Source: an uncultured Actinomycetes bacterium
Lineage (GTDB): Bacteria; Actinomycetota; UBA4738; HRBIN12
Direction: 5' to 3'
Assembly: GCA_963831325.1 (NCBI GenBank)
Contig: CAWHQA010000038.1
Location: 290,907 to 354,906 of the forward strand
DNA: 64,000 nucleotides
Under the pieces are notes generated by a model that had not been told where the DNA came from, made no database searches, and saw only the letters and a program-made list of their open reading frames with translations. Within the stretch, counting starts at the first letter, position 1. Each line of letters begins with the position of its first letter. This document shows positions 27,365 to 36,687 of this stretch, piece by piece. A program made the translations under genes and the position numbers.

Positions 27365-28537
27365 TCAGACGAAGGCGCGGTGACCCGTGAGCAACCCGCC
27401 GATCACCAGGGTGTGCACCTCTTCGGTTCCCTCGTAGGTGATCACAGACTCGAGGTTCGTCATGTGGCGCATGATCGGGTACTCGAGCGTGATGCCGTTC
27501 GCGCCAAGGATGCCTCGAGACGTGCGCGCGACCTTGATGGCCTCACGCGTGTTGTTGAGCTTGCCGATCGAGACGTGCTCGGGTCGAAGACGACCGTCTT
27601 CCTTCATGCGGCCGAGATGGTAGGCAAGCAGCGTCCCCTTCTCGATCTCGAGCGCCATGTCGGCGAGCTTCTTCTGCGTGAGTTGGAAGGCACCGATGGG
27701 CTTACCGAACTGCACCCGCTCCTTCGAGTAGTTGAGCGCCGACTCGAAGCACGCTCGGGCTGCACCCATCACGCCCCACACGATGCCGAACCGCGCCTCG
27801 TTGAGACACGAGAGTGGGCCCTTCAACCCTTCGACGCCCGGCAGCATCGCCCCGGCCGGGAGCCGAACATCGTCCATCACGAGCTCCGAGGTAACGCTCG
27901 CGCGCAGTGACATCTTCTTGTGGATGTCGGGCGCGCTGAACCCCGGCGCGTCGCACGGCACGGCGAAGCCGCGCACGCCGTCGTCGGTGTTCGCCCAGAC
28001 GATGGCGACGTCACTCACGCTTCCGTTCGTGATCCACATCTTCGTGCCGTTGAGCACCCAGTCGTCGCCGTCGCGCTTTGCGAACGTACGCATCGAGCTG
28101 GGGTCGCTCCCTGAGTCGGGCTCGCTGAGGCCGAAACATCCGATCGCGTCACCGCTCGTGAGACGCGGAAGCCACTCCGCCCGCTGCTCGTCGCTTCCGA
28201 AGGTGAGGATCGCGAACATAGCGAGCGCGCTCGTCACCGAGACGAACGAGCGGAGTCCCGAGTCGCCGGCCTCGAGCTCGAGCTCGACCAGACCGTAGGC
28301 GACGGCGTTCAAGCCGAGCATGCCCTCGCCCTCGAGCTGCATGCCGAGGAATCCCATCTCGCCGAGCTCCTTCGCGAGCTCGCGCGCGGGGAACTCACCC
28401 GCCTCGTACCAATCGTCGACCTCAGGCAGGATGCGGCCCCGCACCCATTCCCGTGCGGTGGCGCGGACCGCACGTTCGTCGTCGGTCAGCAGGTGGTCGA
28501 TGTCGAGCATGTCGTGTGGATCGATCGAGGCACTCAT
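27365..28537 (-). CDS. Acyl-CoA dehydrogenase (glutaryl-CoA-dehydrogenase-like)
   Basis: Start set at ATG 28537 (MSASIDPHDMLDIDHLLTDDERAVRATAREWV). Motifs: GCFGLSEPDSGSDP, WITNG, ITYEGTEEVHTLVIG. Confidence 0.9.
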   Translation of the reverse strand: MSASIDPHDMLDIDHLLTDDERAVRATAREWVRGRILPEVDDWYEAGEFPARELAKELGEMGFLGMQLEGEGMLGLNAVAYGLVELELEAGDSGLRSFVSVTSALAMFAILTFGSDEQRAEWLPRLTSGDAIGCFGLSEPDSGSDPSSMRTFAKRDGDDWVLNGTKMWITNGSVSDVAIVWANTDDGVRGFAVPCDAPGFSAPDIHKKMSLRASVTSELVMDDVRLPAGAMLPGVEGLKGPLSCLNEARFGIVWGVMGAARACFESALNYSKERVQFGKPIGAFQLTQKKLADMALEIEKGTLLAYHLGRMKEDGRLRPEHVSIGKLNNTREAIKVARTSRGILGANGITLEYPIMRHMTNLESVITYEGTEEVHTLVIGGLLTGHRAFV

Positions 28538-28625
28538 GACGTCGAAGGTAGCACCGCGGCATCGCGTCGCGCTCCGCCACGACGGCCTGGGCCGACGGGC
28601 ACGAGGCTGTGCGAAACTTGTGCCC

Positions 28626-29345
28626 ATGAACCAGATCTTGTTCGCCCGCTGCGACCCGGTGGAAACGTTCGGCGTGGGCCTTCCGGCGATGGAAGCGGCC
28701 GGGGTGCCGGTCACCGTGTGGGAAGCGCTCGACGGCGAGCCGCGACCCTCGCTCGATGGGGTCTCCGGGGTGGTGCTCTTCGGCAGCTCCTACAACGTCG
28801 AGCACGCCGACGAGCAGCCCTTCATCAAGGATGCCCGAGAGCTCACGCTCGAAGCGATCGATCGAGGAGTGCCCTACCTGGGCGTCTGCTTCGGCGCGCA
28901 GATGCTGGCGTGGTCGCTCGACGCCGCGGTGATGAAGGCGCCGGTACGCGAGGTCGGCTTCGAACCGATCCGCCCTGCTCCCGCCGCGGCCGACGATGTC
29001 CTGATCTCCCACCTCGCCGACGGCGACATGGAGTTCCAATGGCACATGGACACGTTCGAGCTGCCCACGGACGCGACCCTGCTCGCGACCGGCGATCACG
29101 TGAGGAACCAGGCATTCCGCATCGGGGACCGAACCTGGGGCGTCCAGTTCCATCTCGAGATCGTTCGCGACGAGATGGACATGTGGCTCGACGCTTTCGA
29201 GGGGCAGGACGGTCCGCTCGAGACGTCGTGGGGTAAATCGGCGGCCGCGATCCGCGCGGAAGCCGACCGGTACCTGGAAGGACATGAGCGCCGTGGCACC
29301 GAGGTATTCGCGCGCTTCGCGGGGCTGGCCGGCTCGACCAGATGA
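28626..29345 (+). CDS. Class I glutamine amidotransferase-like protein (GuaA-N/GATase1 fold)
   Basis: Start ATG 28626 (MNQILFARCDP). Nucleophile elbow LGVCFGAQMLA; also QWHMDTFELP and WGVQFHLE. Confidence 0.8.
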   Translation: MNQILFARCDPVETFGVGLPAMEAAGVPVTVWEALDGEPRPSLDGVSGVVLFGSSYNVEHADEQPFIKDARELTLEAIDRGVPYLGVCFGAQMLAWSLDAAVMKAPVREVGFEPIRPAPAAADDVLISHLADGDMEFQWHMDTFELPTDATLLATGDHVRNQAFRIGDRTWGVQFHLEIVRDEMDMWLDAFEGQDGPLETSWGKSAAAIRAEADRYLEGHERRGTEVFARFAGLAGSTR

Positions 29346-30709
29346 TCACGGGTGCCGGCCAGCAAGCTGATAGGTACCGGCCCATCGTCGCCGTCGTCGC
29401 GTATCGCCTCGGGCGCGACCGAGTGGCGCGCTGGCCCGAGGGCGGCTACGGCGTGCCGGCCCCGTACATCGATGCGCTCAGACGATCGGGGTCGCGCACC
29501 GCGATCGTCTCGCCGGGGGAGCCGAGCAAGGCGGAGGAGACGCTCGAGCCGTTCGACGGGCTGTTGCTCGTCGGAGGCGGCGACGTCGACCCCGCCGCGT
29601 ACGGCGCAGAGCCTGACACCGACCACAACTACGGCATCGAGGCGGAGCGAGATGCGTTCGAGATCGGGCTCCTGCTGGCTGCCGAGCGCATGCACGTGCC
29701 GACGCTCTGCATCTGCCGTGGCATGCAGGTCATGAACGTTGCCTACGGGGGCACGCTGCACCAGCACTTGCCCGAGATGCCCGGTCTGCTCCAGCACGGC
29801 GTGCCGCTCGAGGGCACCGAGACCCTCCACACCGTCTCGCCCGAGCCCGATTCGTACCTCGCCGCGATGACCAAGTCCGGCGACCTCATGTGCTCGTCAC
29901 ACCACCACCAGGGGATCGCCACGGTGGGCCCGGGTCTGCGGGCGACCGGCCGCAGCCCCGACGGCCTCGTCGAGGCGATCGAGCTCGACATCGGATCGAC
30001 CGACGATCCGACGATCGAACCGTGGATGGTCGGGGTGCAGTGGCATCCAGAAGAAACCGCCTCGAGCGACCCGGCCCAGCAGTCGCTCTTCGACGCGCTG
30101 GTCTTGCTTTCCCGACTTCGCGGCACACGGGCCAAGCCCGGCGAGTCCGAAGGACGGGGTCGCGATTTCGGCATCGACGACCCCGACCCCAACTGGCCCG
30201 CTCAGTTCGAGACCGAGGCAGCACGCATCGTTGCTGCGCTGCCGGTAAACCTGGTCGCGCGCGTCGACCACGTGGGATCCACGTCCGTGGCAGGCCTGGC
30301 GGCGAAGCCGATCATCGACGTGCAGCTCTCGCTGCACGAGCTGACGCCGCGCAACGTCTACGTCGAGCCGCTCACCGCCCTCGGCTATCGGTGGGTGCTC
30401 GATCCCTGGGATGTGGACCACGAGTACTTCAGTCGCGATATCGACGGCGAGCGATGCTTCCAGCTGCACGTGTGCACCGCGGGCTCGGAATGGGAGCGCC
30501 GGCACCTCGCGTTCCGCGACTGGCTGCGCACCCACGACGACGACGCAGCCGCGTACGCCGAGCTCAAGCGCGGGCTCGCCGAGTCCCATGTGAAGGACAC
30601 GCTGACTTACACCGAGGCCAAATCGGAGTTCATCACCGCCATCCAGCGACGAGCCGAGGGCAAGGGAGCGGAAGTCGGGACTAGCGCGAACGGGCTAGCT
30701 CCTGCATAA
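29342..30709 (+). CDS. Fusion protein: gamma-glutamyl-GABA hydrolase-like peptidase C26 (PuuD-type GATase1) + GrpB domain
   Basis: 455 aa in one frame. N-terminal half: LLLVGGGDVDPAAYG, LCICRGMQVMNVAYGGTLHQHL, SSHHQG, VGVQWHPE. C-terminal half: DPDPNWPAQFETEA, VDHVGSTSVAGLAAKPIIDVQL, ERRHLAFRDWLRTHDDDAAAYAELK. ATGA overlap with the preceding GATase gene. Confidence 0.75.
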   Translation: MITGAGQQADRYRPIVAVVAYRLGRDRVARWPEGGYGVPAPYIDALRRSGSRTAIVSPGEPSKAEETLEPFDGLLLVGGGDVDPAAYGAEPDTDHNYGIEAERDAFEIGLLLAAERMHVPTLCICRGMQVMNVAYGGTLHQHLPEMPGLLQHGVPLEGTETLHTVSPEPDSYLAAMTKSGDLMCSSHHHQGIATVGPGLRATGRSPDGLVEAIELDIGSTDDPTIEPWMVGVQWHPEETASSDPAQQSLFDALVLLSRLRGTRAKPGESEGRGRDFGIDDPDPNWPAQFETEAARIVAALPVNLVARVDHVGSTSVAGLAAKPIIDVQLSLHELTPRNVYVEPLTALGYRWVLDPWDVDHEYFSRDIDGERCFQLHVCTAGSEWERRHLAFRDWLRTHDDDAAAYAELKRGLAESHVKDTLTYTEAKSEFITAIQRRAEGKGAEVGTSANGLAPA

Positions 30710-30758
30710 TCCCCGGCAACGTGGGCTACGAGCCGAAAGCCATGCACCGAACGGCCAC

Positions 30759-31786
30759 TTGCACCAGCGATCCATTCGGTCGAGCGCCGAGATCGTGGGT
30801 GAGCGCGACAGCGTGACGTCCGTCACCGCCACGCTCTTCGGCGCTCCGTTGCCCCCAGGCGGCACGGTAGGCGTCTGCTCGCCCAGCGGGCCCTATTACA
30901 ACCGCAGCGATATCGAACGGCCTGTGGAATGGTGGCAGGAGCGCGGATTCCGCGTGAAGCTCAGCGAGGGCGTGTGGGCACAGGACGACTACGTCGCCGG
31001 CACGCCGGAGCGTCGTGCCGACGACCTGAACGCCTTGTTCGCCGACCCGGAGGTCGACGTGATCCAGGTGCTCTGGGGCGGCACGGGTGCGATGCAGATG
31101 CTTCCCCATCTCGACTACGACCTGATCGCGCGCGAACCCCAAGGCGCTCATGGGCTATTCCGATATCACGAACCTGCACATCGCGATCCGTCAGCGGACG
31201 GGACTCGCGACGTTGCACGGTCCGGGCCTCGGTTCCATGGGCATCCCCGAACGCACGGCGTTCACGTGGGACTCCGCGCTCGACGCCTTCATGAAGGGTG
31301 CCGCCGGAAGGGTTCCCCGTGATCCCGACGATCCCTACGTGCGCGCGATCGCCCCCGGAAAGGTCACCGCGCCGATCGTGGGCGGCAACCTGTTCACGTT
31401 CGTCCATCTGCTCGGCACACCCTTCGAGCCGGTCTTCGACGGCGCCATCCTCTTCTTCGAGGAGGTGCACGAGCCCACGTACGTGATCGAGGTGCATCTC
31501 GACCAGCTGCGGCTGGCGGGCAAGCTCGAGGGCGTCGCGGGGATCGTGATCGGCGAGATGAAGGACTGCGGCTGGCGAGAGGAGCGTCCCGAGACACCGC
31601 GTGACTCGCTCGCTCGAGGATGCGTTCGAGCGGCATCTAGCGTCGCTCGGGGTCCCGGTGCTATACAAGCTTCCTCTCGGCCACGGGAAGCACCTGGCCT
31701 CGATACCGCTGGGGGTCACCGCGACCCTGGATGCGGACGCAAGGACACTGACGATCGACCAACCGGGAGTCGCACCGCGTGCGTAA
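30759..31786 (+). pseudogene. LD-carboxypeptidase (peptidase S66), split over three frames
   Basis: Fragments: VGVCSPSGPY...AGTPERRADDLNALFADPEVDVIQVLWGGTGA (ORF 30759); GYSDITNLHIAI...VGGNL...ILFFEEV (ORF 31150, nucleophile Ser context); VPVLYKLPLGHG (ORF 31601). The true start is probably GTG 30795 or 30813. Confidence 0.75.
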
Positions 31787-31849
31787 GACATATCGACATT
31801 CGCGAAGCGAAAGACGGGCGACGCGATCCAACCGAAGGAGGAGCGCGGC

Positions 31850-33695
31850 ATGAGAACGACCAGACGGGTGATCGCGGCGATCACCATGCTGACCGTATTG
31901 GGAGGAGTCGCGCTCTCGGGAGCTGCGTTCGCGCAATCGCCGAGCGCCGATGACGAGGAGATCGTCTTCGTCGCGGGCACTGTCAACGACATGCGGACCG
32001 TGAACCCGTTCCGGGCCTTCGAGATCGCCCGAGTTCGAGGTCATGGACCTCAACTACGACCTGCTGATCAGCTTACGCCAAGGAAGACATGTCGCCCGTT
32101 CCGAGCCTCGCGACCGAGTTGGACGCCGAGCGAGGACGGCCTCACGTGGACGATCGAGCTCCGTGACGACGTCACATGGCAGGACGGCGAGCCATTCACC
32201 GCCAACGACGTGGTGTTCACGTACGACTTCATCGCCGAGAACAACATCGCCGCCTTCACGAACTACCTGCCGTTCACCGATTCGTTCGAGGTGGTCGACG
32301 ACTACACGTTCACTGGCACACCACCGAGCCGACCACGGCTCCAGAGGTGCCCCCGTACGTGTACATCCTTCCCGAGCACATCTGGGGAGACTTCGACAAG
32401 AAGGAAGCGCAGGAATTCAAGAACTACCCCAACATGATCGGCACCGGCCCCTTCCAGCTCACGGACTGGGACAAGGGCCAGTCGTGGACGATGGAGGCGA
32501 ATCCCGACTACTGGGGCGGCGCGCCGCACATCGACAAGTACATCGTTCGCAAGTACGACAACGAAGAGGCGATGGTCACCGCTCTCCGCGAGGGTGAGAT
32601 CGACTACATCGGCGACGTTTCCATCGACCTGTTCGAGTCCCTGGCCAGCGGTCGAGGGCATCACCACGAACGTCGGCCCGGAAACCTCGTTCACCCAGAT
32701 GAGCTTCCCGATGTGCCAGCCGGACTCCCCTGAAGCCGATACCGATTGCAAGAAGACCGGCACCGGCGGGCACCCTGCGCTCCTCGACCACGATGTGCGG
32801 CTCGCGATCGCTACACGCGATCGACAAGCAAGCCCTCGTCGATCGGGTGCTGCAGGGCTTCGGGAGCGCCGGGCACCACCGTGCTGCCCCCGTACATACG
32901 CGATGGCGATGCCGAGCCTGAGGAGCCGATCACCTACGATCCGGCCGAAGCGAACCGGATCCTCGATGAGGCCGGGTACCTCGACACGGACGGCGACGGC
33001 GTCCGCGAGATGCCGGGCGGAGGGCAAGCGCTCGACTTCCGATTCGTGCTCCGGTCCGAGGACCACGGAGAGCAGTCACGTCGGGCGAGTTCATCTCCGG
33101 ATGGCTCGAGGACATCGGCATCAGCACGAGGATCGACGTCGTCACCGACGACAAGCTCACCGACATCTACCTGGCGAACGACTTCGACCTGTACATCTGG
33201 GGATGGGGCGTCGAGCCCGACCCGGATTTCCAGCTGTCCACGTACACGACCGAGGAGTGCGGGTACTGGAGCGACACGTGCTACGCCAACCCCGAGTACG
33301 ACGCAGCTCTACGAACAGCAACAGACGGCGTCGCAGCTCGGAAGAGCGCGCGGCGATCGTCGCCGAGATGCAGCAGATCATCTACGAGGACATCCCCGAG
33401 ATCGTGCTCTACAACTACAACACGCTCGAGGCCTACGACAGCGCCGAGTGGGGCGGGCTGGAGGAGAACGTCGCTCCGAACCCCGACGGCTTCCTGTGGG
33501 GAGCAGTACGGGCGGCACACCGCTCTCACCCTGGCTCCTCTGGCGCTGATCGGCGAGGGCGGTACGGGAACGCAGGCCGGGGACACGGGCATCTCGGCCG
33601 GAGTCTGGCTCGCGGTCCTCGGTGGCATCGTCGCGGTGATCGTGGTGATCGTCGCGTTGGTGAGGCGGGGCCGTTCGGAGGAGGATCGCGCGTAG
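31850..33695 (+). pseudogene. Peptide/nickel ABC transporter substrate-binding protein (family 5), heavily frame-disrupted
   Basis: Signal peptide MRTTRRVIAAITMLTVLGGVALSGAAFAQSP. Family-5 fragments sit in at least five frame segments (LTWTIELRDDVTWQDGEPFTANDVVFTY; GTGPFQLTDWDKGQSWTMEANPDYWGG; DTDGDGV). In my own translation it ends with a TM plus basic tail, then TAG at 33693. Confidence 0.8.
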
Positions 33696-33728
33696 ACGCC
33701 AGAGGAGAGGCAAGGAGGCAGGAACAGG

Positions 33729-34722
33729 GTGGGGACACAGCGGTACCTCCTGGGCAAGATCCTCCAGGCGCTCCTCACCCTGTTCTTCATCCTGACTTCA
33801 ACTTCTTCCTGTTCCGGGTCATCCCGGGCGATCCGGTCGATGCTGCTCACGAGGACCGCCGGGCGTCGAGCTCAGCGCGGAGCAGCAACAGCAGCTCAAG
33901 GAGCGACCTCGGCCTGCTCGAGCCGCTTCCGCACGCAGTTCTTCGGCTATCTCGGCGACACGTTCCGCGGTGACCTCGGAGTCTCGACGTTCGTGGCGCC
34001 GGGCGAGAACAGGTGTCGACGGTCTTCTTCCGGGACCTGCCGAAGACCCTGGTCCTCGTCGGCACCAGCACGATCGCGTCGGTCGCACTCGGGCTCGTGC
34101 TCGGCATCTACGGAGGATGGAGACGAGGCCGTGCCCTCGACCTCTCGTCGATGACCGGATCGCTGATCCTGTACTCGATGCCCGAGTTCGTGCTCGGCAT
34201 CCTGCTTCTGCTTCTGTTCACCAAGTACCTGCATCTGTTCCCGAGCGGGGGGTACAGGTCGGTGACGGGGAACTTCACCGGCGTCGCCTACGTCGTGGAC
34301 GTGCTGAACCACATGGTCCTGCCGTGGATCACGCTGACCCTCGCGTACGTCGGCGAGTACTACTTGGTGATGCGCTCGTCGCTGCTCGACGTGCTGGGTG
34401 AGGAGTACATCACGTTGGCCCGGGCGAAGGGCTTCCGCGAGAAGTTCGTGCTGCGACGTCATGCCGTCCGCAACGCACTGCTGCCGACCGTGACGCTGAT
34501 CGCGCTTGTCGTTCGGCTTCATCCTCGGCGGGGCGATCACCGTCGAGCTCGTCTTCTCGTACCCGGGCGTCGGCAAGCTGTCGTTCGATGCCTTGCGACA
34601 AGCACGATTTCCCCGTCCTGCAGGGGACGTTCCTTTTCTTCAGCCTTGCCGTCCTCGTCGCGAACCTGATCGCCGACCTCCTGTACGGCTACCTCGATCC
34701 GAGAGTGAGGTCATCTGCATGA
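33729..34722 (+). pseudogene. ABC transporter permease (DppB/OppB-like), frame-disrupted
   Basis: N-terminus MGTQRYLLGKILQALLTLFFIL; core MPEFVLGILLLLLF...YITLARAKGFREKFVLRRHAVRNALLPTVTL (ORF 34013); then FGFILGGAITVELVFSYPGVG (ORF 34506). My translated tail is LIADLLYGYLDPRVRSSA, with stop TGA 34720..34722. Confidence 0.8.
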
Positions 34723-35691
34723 AGACCGAGGAGGCCAACGGGACCACCGCCGCCTGAGCCGGCCTCTCTGCCCGAGTTGCGGAGCCCGCGACAGATCACC
34801 CGGGCGCGCCGCCGCTGGCGGTCTCGCGCTTCTGGCACAGTATCGACAGCAGCACGATGGGCATGGCCGGCCTCGTGATCCTGATCTTCTTCGGCGGGAT
34901 GGCGATCGTCTCGCTCTTCGTCGATCAGTCGGTCCTCAGGAAGAGCTCGTCACCGAGGCCGACATCGCCCCGTGCTCGTTCCGGGAGCTCCCTTGCCCGC
35001 CCAACGCCAACAACATCCTGGGCACCGACGCCGACGGGCGATCGGTGCTGTGCGCTGTCGTGCACGGCTCGCGAATGTCACTGCTGGTCGGGCTCGTCGG
35101 CGAGCGTGATCACGATGGTGATCGGGTCGCTCGTCGGCATCGTCGCAGGCTTCGGTCGGTCGGTTCAGCGACGCGGTGCTGATGCGCTTGGCCGACTTCC
35201 TGCTGGTGATCCCGTGGTTGGTGCTGGCCATCGTCCTGGCATCGATCTTCGGACAGAACATCTGCGTGATCATCGCCATCATCGGGTTCACGTCGTGGCC
35301 GGGCGCAGCTCGGCTGATCCGCGCCCAGACGCTCTCGGTGAAGGAGCATCTGTACGTCGAGCGTTCGAAGGCGCTCGGTGGCGGGAGCTGGCACGTCGTT
35401 TCGCGCCACATCCTGCCCAACGTGATGCCCGTCATCCTGGCGAACGCGATCCTCACGGTGGCGATCGCGATCCTCTCGGAGTCGGCGCTGTCGTTCCTGG
35501 GACTGGGGGATCCGCTCCGCGTCACCTGGGGACAGGTCATCGAGGAGGCGCTTCATCGCGGCGCAACCTCGATCGGGGCCTGGTGGTGGCTGCTGGCGCC
35601 CAGCTTCTGCATCGTGCTGGTCGTGCTCGGGTTCACGATGGTCGGCTACGCGCTCGACGAGGTCATCAACCCGAGGATCCGTGAGCGGTGA
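34719..35691 (+). pseudogene. ABC transporter permease (DppC/OppC-like), frame-disrupted
   Basis: ATG 34719 forms an ATGA overlap with the upstream permease. Fragments: GMAGLVILIFFGGMAIV (ORF 34857); LMRLADFLLVIPWLVLAIVL...SKALGGGSWHVVSRHILPNVMPVILANAILTVAIAILSESALSFLGLG (ORF 35176). Confidence 0.8.
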
Positions 35692-36687
35692 GCGTCCTCT
35701 CGGTCAAGGACCTGCGGGTCACGTACTCGAACGAAGGGCGGCGACGTGCCCGCCGTGCGAGGGGTCACCTTCGACATCGACAAGGGCGAAGTGCTGGGGC
35801 TGGCCGGGGAGTCGGGCTGCGGCAAGTCCACGATCGCCGGCTGCCATCCTGCGGCTGCATTCGGCGGGGACCAAGATCGAGGGCGAGATCCTGCTCGACG
35901 GCAAGAGCGTGCTCGAGCTCTCCCCGGGCAAGCTCCGTGCCGCCAGATGGACGGGGGCGTCCATCGTCTTCCAGGGGGCGCTGCACGCGCTGAACCCCGT
36001 CCGCCGGGTCGGTGACCAGATCGTCGAGGCGATCACCGTGCACAACCTGGCGGGCGAGAAGGAGGCGCGGGTGCGAGCGGGCGCGCTGCTCGAGCAGGTC
36101 GGCCTCCCACCCGCCGGATCGAGGACTACCCGCACGAGCTCTCCGGCGGTCAGAAGCAGCGAGTGATGATCGCGATGGCGCTGGCCTGCAGCCCGTCCCT
36201 GGTCATCGCCGACGAGCCGACGACCGCGCTCGACGTCATGGTGCAGGCGCAGGTCCTCCGGCTGCTGCAAGGCCCTCGCAACGCGATCTCGGCCTCGCGA
36301 TGCTCTTCATCACGCACGACCTGTCGGTGCTGGCCGAGGTCTCCGACGTCATCGCGGTCATGTACGCGGGCCGGATCATCGAGGAAGGCCCAGCCGAGCA
36401 CGTCTTCCACTCAGCCCGGTGCACCCGTACACGAAGGCGCTCGCGGCCGCGTTCCCCGAGATCGGCGACACTCGGTTCCGCGGGCAAGCCTGAGGGTCTG
36501 GGCGGCGACCCGCCCGATCCTCAGGCGATCCCGGAGGGATGCCCGTTCCATCCTCGATGCCCTGAGGCGTGGGACGACTGCACGAGGATCGTGCCGGAGC
36601 TCTGGGATGCCGGACGAGGCGGCCGGCGGGCCGCGTGCCTGCTGGCCGCAGGGCGCTCCACGACCAGCGAAGCGGCGCGCCGCGTGA
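35688..36687 (+). pseudogene. Peptide ABC transporter ATP-binding protein (DppD-like), frame-disrupted
   Basis: GTG 35688 forms a GTGA overlap with the permease stop. Walker [13 protein letters not shown] (ORF 35746), signature [17 protein letters not shown] and ADEPTTALD (ORF 36163), FITHDLSV (ORF 36012), and the oligopeptide C-terminal motif CPFHPRCP. Confidence 0.8.
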
